Source: an uncultured delta proteobacterium
GTDB taxonomy: Bacteria > Bdellovibrionota > FAC87 > UBA2466
Reading direction: 5' to 3'
Length of the DNA stretch: 64,000 nt
Assembly (NCBI GenBank): GCA_963778115.1
Contig: CAVZSV010000004.1
Span: forward strand, 489,904 to 553,903
Shown here: positions 37,108 to 46,017 of the stretch, piece by piece
Numbering within the stretch: the stretch's first letter is position 1
Layout: each line of letters opens with the position of its first letter
Translations under genes and position numbers: made by a program
The notes under the pieces: model-generated
The model's database searches: none
Told to the model about the DNA's origin: nothing
What the model saw: only the letters and a program-made list of their open reading frames with translations

Positions 37108-37122
37108 GTCTTCTCCTTATAT

Positions 37123-37136
37123 AACTTATCGGAATA
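37123..37136 (-). promoter_or_regulatory. Sigma28-like promoter -10 box (TATTCCGATAAGTT) with TAAA 16 nt upstream
   Basis: The minus strand reads TAAA-N16-TCCGATAA-N18-GTG(RHH). The 14-mer is identical to 10384-10397. Confidence 0.4.
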
Positions 37137-37140
37137 TATA

Positions 37141-37169
37141 TACATTGTATTTACCGTATTTACAATGTA
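37141..37169. promoter_or_regulatory. Inverted repeat TACATTGTA-N11-TACAATGTA (candidate RHH operator)
   Basis: Read directly. Lies in the AT-rich region just upstream of the RHH-nuc operon. Confidence 0.4.
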
Positions 37170-37278
37170 TTACATATTGCGTTATAATACTATTAAGGGA
37201 AGACCTTGCCTATTCGCAAGTTTTCACTTCCTAACGTGAACATTGCTCAAACGCAGATAAGGGAACTGCGTATTTGCG

Positions 37279-37566
37279 GTGCATAGATTATCAGGGAAAG
37301 AAAAAGAGTTGGGCTTAAGAACTGCACATAGGCAGAATCAATATAGCGAGTTGCAAGAGCCAATATGGAGTCGAATTCGACTTCTCAGCATCAAATTGCG
37401 TGCTATCGCCTATTTGGTCGGTAACCAGTCAACCGAGGATCCGCCATTGGACTTGGAACAGATCTACATGGGGATCGGATTACTCTTGGAAGAAGTGTCG
37501 GAGGCTATGCGAGGGGCTTCCACGGAAATGGAGGTAAAGGATATTCGCTCACGGAAGAAAATCTGA
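37279..37566 (+). CDS. Hypothetical small protein (weak call)
   Basis: 95-aa ORF with a GTG start and no motif. Its 3' end overlaps the convergent XRE gene. Confidence 0.3.
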   Translation: MHRLSGKEKELGLRTAHRQNQYSELQEPIWSRIRLLSIKLRAIAYLVGNQSTEDPPLDLEQIYMGIGLLLEEVSEAMRGASTEMEVKDIRSRKKI

Positions 37567-37770
37567 GACGTTCACTTTGAATACTTTAGAAAGTCGATAA
37601 AGGGTGTACAAATTCAGCGAGTGCTTGCCACTCTCTAACTTCTGGTAATGCCTATAATTGAAGCCGTGTTCCACCATGTCCCATTGCGTCAGTCCCCGAC
37701 GTTCACGTATTTCTCGAAGGTTAGAGGCAATTGTCTGAAGAAGTTTATTGTAGTCGCGATCTGCGCTCAC
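37549..37770 (-). CDS. XRE-family helix-turn-helix regulator
   Basis: 73 aa. NLREIRERRGLTQWDMVEHGFNYRHYQKLESGKHSLNLYTLYRLSKVF is an HTH_3 pattern. Confidence 0.75.
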   Translation of the reverse strand: MSADRDYNKLLQTIASNLREIRERRGLTQWDMVEHGFNYRHYQKLESGKHSLNLYTLYRLSKVFKVNVSDFLP

Positions 37771-37858
37771 TTATTAATCGTGAGGCACACGACTTATTTG
37801 TAACACGTACTATAAAGTTCGTCTTAAATCAGTCCGATGGAGGAACAGGGCTCTTGGA

Positions 37859-38659
37859 ATGGAGTTGGATCCGATGGAGACAAAAGTGCATTCTGGTTCG
37901 AATACTAAATCACTCCTACAGTTGAAGTCTGGCTGGATTGTTACGATTTTTCTACTAGTCATAATGCTAATTTGGATTATCGCTAGTTCTCAGATGGATG
38001 CAACCACGCTCAAGGACGCATTCTTTCAGAATGGCGTCTCTTTCGGATTTTCTAAAGAAGATAGTGCTAGTCTCGCTCTTGAAATGCAACAGAGCCTCAA
38101 CTCACAAGGCTACCCCGTGGGGTGGGGAACAAGTGCACTTGTGAGTTTACCTAAAGACGTTGGGATTCGTTCAAAGGAAGCGCTAGTAAAATACGCGATT
38201 ATCGCAGGACAACTGGCTTCGATATCGAAGACCCAAGGCCAAGAAGGGGAAATATCCGCAGGCCTAGCGAGAGTAATTCATGCAATGGGCGAAGACCCGA
38301 ATGGAATCGATTTTATAGACCAGCTTGCGGAACAGACACGCAGAGTTTTCAACGTAACGGGAACCCCACCAGCCGACTTTCTCCAATCGACTGATAGGAC
38401 CCTTTCCTATATTCCTATAGAGTTTGTACGAACGATGAAATTACGCGGAATCGTCAACCTAATGGTTGCTGAAATTGTTTCGGGTGGAGAAAGAGAAAAC
38501 GCATTCATTAAGGAATATTTCCAAAACCCACAGCTCCGGGAACGACTTGATAGAATGGGTTTCAAAGGGATCTTCGGAGGCGAAAAAGGCTTCGACGCTG
38601 ATAAATTCAGATCGCTCGCTAATCGGGTTCTTGTCAAAACGGACCATCGTGAGAAATAG
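37859..38659 (+). CDS. Single-pass membrane protein, function unknown
   Basis: 266 aa. TM WIVTIFLLVIMLIWIIASS near the N-terminus. Divergent from the XRE gene. Confidence 0.5.
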   Translation: MELDPMETKVHSGSNTKSLLQLKSGWIVTIFLLVIMLIWIIASSQMDATTLKDAFFQNGVSFGFSKEDSASLALEMQQSLNSQGYPVGWGTSALVSLPKDVGIRSKEALVKYAIIAGQLASISKTQGQEGEISAGLARVIHAMGEDPNGIDFIDQLAEQTRRVFNVTGTPPADFLQSTDRTLSYIPIEFVRTMKLRGIVNLMVAEIVSGGERENAFIKEYFQNPQLRERLDRMGFKGIFGGEKGFDADKFRSLANRVLVKTDHREK

Positions 38660-38683
38660 AGACCAATCATCTTATTCAATGCG

Positions 38684-38905
38684 TTATTCAGTTTCGGATG
38701 CAAATTGGTCGATTTCTCGACGTAGTTCTCGTAAGAACTGGCTCATCGCCATACGTTCCGAATTAGCCTTATAGGCGATGGTTGAGTTTCCACGTTTGTG
38801 CAAGCCTCGTGCGATTCCTACAAGGATTTCGAATACTGTATCCAATTGCCCCTCAACTCTTGCGAACTGCGCTTTCATTTCCCTTTGAATTTGTCCTTTA
38901 TTCAC
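38684..38905 (-). CDS. Small hypothetical protein
   Basis: GTG start preceded by AAGGAGA directly after the upstream stop. The tracked ORF extends to 38995. Confidence 0.4.
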   Translation of the reverse strand: MNKGQIQREMKAQFARVEGQLDTVFEILVGIARGLHKRGNSTIAYKANSERMAMSQFLRELRREIDQFASETE

Positions 38906-38924
38906 GATGGTGTCTCTCCTTGAA

Positions 38925-39278
38925 TTAGCTAGGCCCAGGAATAGTCGGTCCAGGCGGATAGTCGTATTCAACGAATGTATCTGGGGAGGAATCACTCACG
39001 TTCCAAATTATCTTAACCGTCGCTGGGGGAGCTTCCTGCTTAACCGCTTCCTGCTCGACGAAGGGTCTTCTTTTCGGAAAGAGGTAAGCCATAAGCTCAA
39101 TCAATATGTCGGCTTGCTTTTCCTTTGAAAGGTCGGGAAGAAGCTGAATTAGTCGACTTGGTACGTTAAAACTAAGCTCCTCCAGTGCCTGACTTAGAAG
39201 TTCAGATTTATGGTTTGGAGAACCTTTACGCCTTCCACTTCCTAGTGGCTTCCTCTGGCCAAGCTGAAACTTACCCAT
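38925..39278 (-). CDS. Hypothetical protein with basic GRRKGSPN N-terminus
   Basis: Start taken at MGKFQLGQRKPLGSGRRKGSPNHK (a phage-type basic motif). The tracked ORF to 39446 would collide with the divergent 39398 gene. Confidence 0.45.
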   Translation of the reverse strand: MGKFQLGQRKPLGSGRRKGSPNHKSELLSQALEELSFNVPSRLIQLLPDLSKEKQADILIELMAYLFPKRRPFVEQEAVKQEAPPATVKIIWNVSDSSPDTFVEYDYPPGPTIPGPS

Positions 39279-39397
39279 ACCGCTATCTTGCACTACTTTA
39301 GTGGACGCTTCTATGGAAACCTGGCCTGCCAAGGTCCAATTGCAGAAAATAAGATTTCTTGAGTGAAGACTTCTTGGGTGAAGTCCGATTAGAGTGA

Positions 39398-39796
39398 ATG
39401 GCAAAACAAAAGAAGAATCAGAATCGTTTACGGCGCAGCGTTTCACGCAGCTTGAAGGACTGTGGTTTTACGGTGACGGAGCGAAAAAAACTGCCCGGTG
39501 CGACAAAAACGGCAGGCGTTGACGTAATTGCGAAACGTAACAAGAGCTTTTATTTAGTTGCACGTTTTCAAGAACGAGCCGGTACTGCCGAACAAAAAAT
39601 CCCATATTTGTTTCTGCGTCTTGAGGAATTACTGGCGCGAGATAGGAAAATCAGACGAGCCTTCGTCGTTTTGGGAGGAGGTGGATGGACACTCCTTTCC
39701 TACTTTAGAGGAGTGTTGCGACGGCTTCACTCAAATCGTAAGATTGTTCTCGTAAAGCAAGCGGACTTATCGAAGTATCTCAAGAAAGCGGCATAG
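39398..39796 (+). CDS. Small basic protein, possible minimal PD-(D/E)xK-like nuclease
   Basis: 132 aa. GVDVIAKRNKSFYLVARFQERAGTAEQKIPY has a D...QE...EQK spacing reminiscent of restriction-endonuclease-fold cores. Low certainty. Confidence 0.45.
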   Translation: MAKQKKNQNRLRRSVSRSLKDCGFTVTERKKLPGATKTAGVDVIAKRNKSFYLVARFQERAGTAEQKIPYLFLRLEELLARDRKIRRAFVVLGGGGWTLLSYFRGVLRRLHSNRKIVLVKQADLSKYLKKAA

Positions 39797-39859
39797 GCAG
39801 ACCCGCTTCGATTTTTGGAGTAATCGCGCCACCAAGCTGATCCATCGCCGAGAAATGAC

Positions 39860-41521
39860 ATGATCTTGAATGTCCCCCCTCCTCTATCCTTTCTTGAGGC
39901 ACTCCTGGCACAGACCCAATCAATGGGTCATAAGAGTTGTGACGTACGATTCGCCGTGATCCATTCAGTCCTTCAAGGAAGTCAACACTCGTACCGGTTG
40001 ATTGCCTTTTTCGGGTGTTTAACAAAGGATGAGCCTTTAACCCCGTCTATTTCGCCGCTTGGTTCGTGTAAACTTAAAGACAATCGCTCTGCAAAACTAT
40101 TTCGAGCATCATTTAGTCTTTCAGACCTAAGAACGCTTGCGCATTCCATTTCGACCAGCACGCTTCAACTTCCGCAAGCCCCAGCCGCACATTGTCTCAT
40201 TGAGCACAATTTCGATCTAAAAGACATAAAGCCACTAAGCTTTATCGCGGCCGATAACCGCAATAGCGGGAGGCTTACGTTCCTTCCGTACCCGGGTTCA
40301 AGCCTCCATATGTTTGAGATATTTGACCTTAACAAGGAGGTATTAAAAGGACTAGATTCCGACGATCTAACTAGAATCGACAAACTATTTCGTGCGCACA
40401 CAGATTTCTCTCCCTTATGGAATACATCGACAATCGGCAATCTATTAATTGTGGCTAACCTGGAACCCATTAAGATTGAATTCACCGGAGATAAGAATGG
40501 CGAAGGCATCCGGATAATGTTAGTTCCTGAAAACCCGAAGTATGACCCTAAGGATTACGTGCTTACCATCACTTCTGAAGCATCCGACGAGGTGAATGGC
40601 AGCTCTGTTATTTTCCCAATTCCTCATAGTATTCACTTGCCCAACATTTCCAAAAGAGCAACGATCGATGCACGGCTTTGGCAAATCAGTACCGCAAAGT
40701 TAGTTTCTAGAAATCACGGAGCAGTATTTAACAATGTGTCGATATCAATTTCAACTTTTGAAAAACTCCGAACGGGTTACATCCGAGACAAACACGGAAA
40801 GGTACTTCGTGATGGTCCGGTTAGATCGCCTGTTCCTCTCCACCACTCCGGAATCAACAAAATAAGTTGGTCAGAACACATTCAAAGAGAACTTCTCGAC
40901 GCACAGAAAAGAAATTTAATCGCTACAAAGAAACTTATTCCCTATCGGGAGGGAATGCACTTAAAAGCCCTAAATGATGTTGTGGATCTGATTAACTCAG
41001 CGCCCAGCATAGGTCCCGTCAAGATCTGGGATCCCTATTTAGACGATTACTATCTAGACTTTTTAACTTTCATGACGAGTACCAGAGAAGTACGTATTCT
41101 AAGTGCCCTCCGCTCCCCTTCTAAAGACGACCGACAAAAGCTTAAACGTTTCAGCAAAGCATTTGAGAGTTGTCTAAATGACTACAGTAAACGTTTACCG
41201 AAACCGCTTCGCGTGAGATGGGAGGAATACCAAAAACGGAAGTCCGACGAACGTTTCCAAAATAAACAGAAAAGATGGACACAATATCTAAATGAATTAA
41301 GAGCCAATAAACTCAATATATTCTTTCGCTATAACGCTAGAGGTAAGGGTTTTAAATTCCATGATAGATTTCTTATCGCAGGAGGACGATGCTGGTCACT
41401 TGGCACCTCATTGAACCATATCGGCAATAGTCACAGTTTAATAATCGAACTTCAATACCCAGAACTGGTCGAAAACGAATTTGATGCCCTCTGGAAAGAA
41501 GTAGAAGGAAACGACTTGTGA
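39860..41521 (+). CDS. 553-aa protein with unknown N-terminal region and C-terminal PLD-fold/MIT_C-like domain (H-x-R variant)
   Basis: The C-terminal block is VKIWDPYLDDYYLDFL...NIFFRYNARGKGFKFHDRFLIAGGRCWSLGTSLNHIGNSHSLIIEL. Reminiscent of VPA1262/MIT_C-type proteins. Confidence 0.6.
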   Translation: MILNVPPPLSFLEALLAQTQSMGHKSCDVRFAVIHSVLQGSQHSYRLIAFFGCLTKDEPLTPSISPLGSCKLKDNRSAKLFRASFSLSDLRTLAHSISTSTLQLPQAPAAHCLIEHNFDLKDIKPLSFIAADNRNSGRLTFLPYPGSSLHMFEIFDLNKEVLKGLDSDDLTRIDKLFRAHTDFSPLWNTSTIGNLLIVANLEPIKIEFTGDKNGEGIRIMLVPENPKYDPKDYVLTITSEASDEVNGSSVIFPIPHSIHLPNISKRATIDARLWQISTAKLVSRNHGAVFNNVSISISTFEKLRTGYIRDKHGKVLRDGPVRSPVPLHHSGINKISWSEHIQRELLDAQKRNLIATKKLIPYREGMHLKALNDVVDLINSAPSIGPVKIWDPYLDDYYLDFLTFMTSTREVRILSALRSPSKDDRQKLKRFSKAFESCLNDYSKRLPKPLRVRWEEYQKRKSDERFQNKQKRWTQYLNELRANKLNIFFRYNARGKGFKFHDRFLIAGGRCWSLGTSLNHIGNSHSLIIELQYPELVENEFDALWKEVEGNDL

Positions 41522-43314
41522 AAAAGATAGGGATGAAAAAGCACGAAGAACGCATCCTTTCTAAAGTAGGAATGTTATTCAAGAACGTCCCGTCGATTTT
41601 ACGTAACCAAATCGGGGGACTTCTGATTCAAGAACCGCTACTTAAATCTACTAATTTGCCTAAGGAGCTGAGACAGGGCCTAGAAAAATACGATCTTATA
41701 GAGGCATACCAGAGCAAAACTAACGAAATCCCCAACACCTCGATCCCTGCCAACGTAGCAGCGGCACAAAAATTCATAGATCTTTGCAAGGTAGAGATGT
41801 CCTTGGATTCATCGCCATTGCATGAAGTTGCTCAATTTTACATGGTGAGCGGGAAAGCGTCGTTAGAATCCTGGCTAACTTCGATCGAAGAAAAATTGAA
41901 ACTCGAACCGTTAGAATCGATCGTATCCAGTACCCACGATTTTATTGGGCCACATAACGTTAAGTTCGAATCTGAGGCCATTCAAAAAGGGCGTGATCTC
42001 ATCTCGCAAGGACGAGATCTCGAATCCTATTCTAAAAGTTTCGGCTACATTTCGGCGCAGCCCTCCGGTCCGGGATGGGAAATGTTAACAATCCTTGCAA
42101 GGTATAGACCTTCTGCATTGTCGTCTTTCCTCTCTAGGATCCACGATCCCATCGCCCGTATATATCTAAAGCTGAACATAGAAAACAATAAGTGGCCTTA
42201 TCATCTTGGAATCGAATTGATTCGTTCAATGAAGAGGCCAGCCATTTGCATGGGACTGGAGATCTGCCTCAATAGGCTGGAACGGATTTCATTTCTATAC
42301 GCTAAATCTACACCAAATTCCCTAAACAAGAGGCACCAAATAAACGCTCGAAGAGCGGCGACTTTAACAGGTCTATATTCAAATTTGTGGTCGGAAATCG
42401 AACGAAGTAAATTAGTTACAGAAGGGATAGACCTATTAAGGGTAGCCCGCAATTTCAAAGTTCAGCTTCATCACTCTAATCCGACTTTCAATAACGACAT
42501 CATAGGCATTTCCTTGTCCGAATTCTTTAATCTAGGCGGCCGGTTGATCTCCAAAGACAATTCGTTGCTGCGATCCCTATTCACATTGCCAGAACATCAT
42601 GGAGTAACCTTTGAACTTTCCATTCGTTGGCTAGGTACTTTCGCACTCAGCAAAAGTTCTAGTAAGCACTCGGACAAAGAGATCGGCGACCTACTCAAAG
42701 AATTGATGGATCTCTTTTTCTCAGAACTTCAAAAACCGGAAAATCAATTTCGTTTCCTATTAAACAACCAACAATCTCTGAACACTATAAATGCTTGGGT
42801 AGATCTCTTTAGAGGCGGAGTGTCGTTCTTCGACCAAGACACAATCACACAAAAATTCGAGTTTATATTTAAGCGGCTTAAACAGCAGCTTGTTAACCGT
42901 TGGCACGCCTCAAGCATTCCTTATGGGACGGAGGATGCTTTGACCTATGCGTGCGTTGTTTACCTTTATTCAAGCACCTTAACCTCTCAGTACCAAGCTT
43001 CAACGATTCATCACGTACTTCATGTATTAGAAGGAATACGTCCCAAGCAATCTTCGGCGAGAGGAAGTTGGCAGGCTATTCTCAATACCCTTGAGGGACA
43101 TCTCGAAGATCCCAAGGTTGTATCATTTACCGAAAACTCATTCCTCCGCGATGGAATCTCGCCCGATTTTCTTGCGGTAATACCACTAGTATTCTTTGTT
43201 CAAAACCCATCCTGGAAAAAGCGGGCGACGGAACTTGTTTCGAACTACGCAAACTATTTTTCAGAATTAATCGACCAATTCAAAGAGCAACTTAAGGAGA
43301 GAGGCCTCACTTAA
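41518..43314 (+). CDS. 598-aa predicted all-helical protein, no recognisable motif
   Basis: Long ORF with a GTG start in a GTGA overlap with the upstream stop, indicating translational coupling. Confidence 0.6.
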   Translation: MKKIGMKKHEERILSKVGMLFKNVPSILRNQIGGLLIQEPLLKSTNLPKELRQGLEKYDLIEAYQSKTNEIPNTSIPANVAAAQKFIDLCKVEMSLDSSPLHEVAQFYMVSGKASLESWLTSIEEKLKLEPLESIVSSTHDFIGPHNVKFESEAIQKGRDLISQGRDLESYSKSFGYISAQPSGPGWEMLTILARYRPSALSSFLSRIHDPIARIYLKLNIENNKWPYHLGIELIRSMKRPAICMGLEICLNRLERISFLYAKSTPNSLNKRHQINARRAATLTGLYSNLWSEIERSKLVTEGIDLLRVARNFKVQLHHSNPTFNNDIIGISLSEFFNLGGRLISKDNSLLRSLFTLPEHHGVTFELSIRWLGTFALSKSSSKHSDKEIGDLLKELMDLFFSELQKPENQFRFLLNNQQSLNTINAWVDLFRGGVSFFDQDTITQKFEFIFKRLKQQLVNRWHASSIPYGTEDALTYACVVYLYSSTLTSQYQASTIHHVLHVLEGIRPKQSSARGSWQAILNTLEGHLEDPKVVSFTENSFLRDGISPDFLAVIPLVFFVQNPSWKKRATELVSNYANYFSELIDQFKEQLKERGLT

Positions 43315-43333
43315 GAAGCGTCTTTTTTACACA

Positions 43334-45145
43334 CTACCCATCGCTATCCAAATTAAATTCAGCCACCGCATCTTTCCCCATCATGTAACTAACACTGTAT
43401 TCTAGCGCTCGATTAAACGCGTCGCGCAGTTCTGGAACGAAACCTTTCTTATCCCTTGCGGATAGGCGCTTGAACCATTGTTTAAATGACGGCATCAGAC
43501 CGTCGACCCTTGCAAGCTCTCCGAAATTTGGTTGATTGAAATACTTAGTCAGAGATTCAAATAGGCCCTCGTTTTCACGGATAGCGACGAAAGATGAAAG
43601 TTCCTCGGCATCTATGATGTGCCAACCTTGAAACCGATGCCGATTTTCACAGTACCATTGCCATTCCTCCGGCTCTAGCTCCTCCTCACAATTCTTCTCA
43701 ATACTTTCTCTAAAAGGGTTACCTCGAAAGACGGCTGGCATCAGCGAAGACACACCAAGTAAAATAAACTTATTGCACCCGAGGATCCTCTCACTAGTCT
43801 TGCGGTTCTCGGGGTTTAAACGACTTTCCCCGTGCGCTTTTTCTAATCGATATATAAATCGGATACTCTTCCAAATGGATTCCCCGAGCCCCTTTGCTAC
43901 ATCTCTTTCAAAGCTATCCAGGTCGAAGCCAAAAAAGGAACCGGGAGAGAGCCTTTTCAATTTTACGCCAATCAAAACAGCAGCGTCGTTTTCAAAAACC
44001 ACTAAGTCCGACCCCAAATCCTTTTTGGCGTCTCCAACAAAAGGCTCATATTCGTACGAGATATTCTCCGGCAGGGCGATTTTGCCGATTAGAAAACGAA
44101 TCAGGCGTTCAAGACGTTTTCCCATCCAATCATTGAACTGATTCGTATGCGGAGAAGAAGACCCGCGAGCAGAGGCATCCTTTCGCGCTAGTTCCAATGC
44201 CTCGAAGAGGGGACCGCTTCCAACGTGCATTCTCAAGAAGGGGTGAAGGGGGTATAAGTACCAATCTTTGGCAATTCGAACAAATGGCTTCCTAGAATAA
44301 AATCCCAGGATCAAACCCTCCGCCTCATAAGAGGCAAAATGTTTCTCTAAGATCTGTCCCGTCTCTTCTATCGCGGAACTTTTATTTTCCAGGATACGCT
44401 CAAAGACTTTTATCAATTTATCTTTATCTGGTGAATTCCGGAAAACTCTCTCCGGAACGCATGTAGGTTCTTTTAGCGACATGGTCCATGCACCAAATAG
44501 GAGGCTGAAGTAGTCTCTAGTCGTTACACCATATTCTTCCGCAAAAAGAGGATCAAAGATCGAGGAACGAGAAGGAAGAATCGGCTGAAAATCGTCTAGA
44601 TCAAGTAAATAGGCAACAATGGCAATTTGATGAACCAGACTTGCCGTCATTACGGATTCTGCGGCCAACATACGCAATGCCATAAGGCGCGCTTCCCGCT
44701 GCTTTTCATCAGCCGTACGCGCCGCCAACATTTTAGAAGATTCCAAACCATAACTAAGCTTTACGATCGGTTCCAATTCCGCGAGAGGGATTGGTAAGAA
44801 ATTGCTCTCGATTGGTATAGGTGCGCGGACGTTGGCCAGTGCACCGAGGATTATGCCTCCCAAATGCAAAGTGGTGTAGGTCTCTTTCTTGCTAATCCCG
44901 CTCATAGGATCAATGTCTTCTTCCCCTATGCGAGTAAGATCGATGGCCAGTCGGGCCTGATCGTATCCCGTAGCGGCTATCTTCTCCGCCAGTGTCTGAA
45001 AGGACATTTGATCAACATTTGAGGTTAACTTCACTCTCGTTCGAGTATTTCTCGCAGATGTTTTGGGTGGAGTTTTATCCAAACAACACTTCTTATATTT
45101 TCTTCCGCTGCCACAGAAGCAAGGGGCATTCCGGCGATACTTCAT
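43334..45145 (-). CDS. 603-aa protein with N-terminal SEC-C metal-binding motif and possible degenerate PD-(D/E)xK core
   Basis: N-terminus MKYRRNAPCFCGSGRKYKKCC. Internal GSDLVVFENDAAVLIGVKLKR resembles nuclease beta-strands with E replaced by G. Confidence 0.6.
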   Translation of the reverse strand: MKYRRNAPCFCGSGRKYKKCCLDKTPPKTSARNTRTRVKLTSNVDQMSFQTLAEKIAATGYDQARLAIDLTRIGEEDIDPMSGISKKETYTTLHLGGIILGALANVRAPIPIESNFLPIPLAELEPIVKLSYGLESSKMLAARTADEKQREARLMALRMLAAESVMTASLVHQIAIVAYLLDLDDFQPILPSRSSIFDPLFAEEYGVTTRDYFSLLFGAWTMSLKEPTCVPERVFRNSPDKDKLIKVFERILENKSSAIEETGQILEKHFASYEAEGLILGFYSRKPFVRIAKDWYLYPLHPFLRMHVGSGPLFEALELARKDASARGSSSPHTNQFNDWMGKRLERLIRFLIGKIALPENISYEYEPFVGDAKKDLGSDLVVFENDAAVLIGVKLKRLSPGSFFGFDLDSFERDVAKGLGESIWKSIRFIYRLEKAHGESRLNPENRKTSERILGCNKFILLGVSSLMPAVFRGNPFRESIEKNCEEELEPEEWQWYCENRHRFQGWHIIDAEELSSFVAIRENEGLFESLTKYFNQPNFGELARVDGLMPSFKQWFKRLSARDKKGFVPELRDAFNRALEYSVSYMMGKDAVAEFNLDSDG

Positions 45146-45167
45146 TTGGACTTAAGGTGGACTTACG
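45145..45167 (+). promoter_or_regulatory. 23-bp repeat TTTGGACTTAAGGTGGACTTACG, copy 2
   Basis: Identical to 30870-30892. Abuts the SEC-C gene start and lies 49 nt inside the tRNA-proximal att repeat. Confidence 0.4.
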
Positions 45168-45212
45168 AAGTTTTTCTCGTTTTACTTTCCCTCAGCAACC
45201 CATTGAAATTAC

Positions 45213-45279
<67 letters not shown>

Positions 45280-45289
<10 letters not shown>

Positions 45290-45993
45290 GAAGTTGCTAC
45301 GGGCTTTGTTAGTGTCAGCCCAGGAACACTCGATCGTCCGAATGCGTTTTCCGCTTCCGCTTTAAGAGATTTCAACTGCCCTTCCATTTTCAATCGAAGC
45401 GTCTCAAGATCGCTATCGGTGGCACTTGCCGGAACTTGGAAAGGCGTTCCGTAAACGATTACACATCGGGTGAACGGTAAAGGAAGGTAACATTGATTCC
45501 ATGCCTTTTTAAAGATGAATCTTCGACGAGCGGAAGCCGCGCCCGGAACGAGGATTCGGCCAGTCTGTTGAGCCAATTTTAAAATTCCGGGCTTTACCTG
45601 GTAGATGGGGCCTCTGGGGCCGTCGACCGCAAGGGAAGCATTAAAGCCGCCCGCATTGACAGCATCGATAAGGCCTTTAAGCCCGCCCGCTCCCCCCCGA
45701 GAGCTCGAACCCCTCACGACATGAAACCCCAGCCACTGTAAGAGTCGCTTCATCCGCTCGCCATCGCGGCTTCGGCTCACCATGACAGCCATGCCGGCAA
45801 AGGCAAAAGAGCCCAGCAAAAGAAGTTCATCGCCATGCCAGTGCGCATAGACGTGAGGCTCTGCGTCAAGGGATTTAGGTCTGTTGCGGTGCTCAACGTG
45901 CCATAAGCGGCTGTAAATCCAGTAAAACCCGGCGAGGCAGGCGATGAGTATGGAATCGGTTAGACGCCTGAACATCGATTCAACCGGTAGCAA
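45280..45993 (-). CDS. DUF374 / lysophospholipid acyltransferase-like protein
   Basis: WHGDELLL...[30 protein letters not shown]...LAVDGPRGP is the DUF374 pattern. The 3' end abuts or overlaps the tRNA 5' end. Confidence 0.7.
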
Positions 45994-46017
45994 AGTTCAT
46001 CCGATGAGTAAAGCAAC

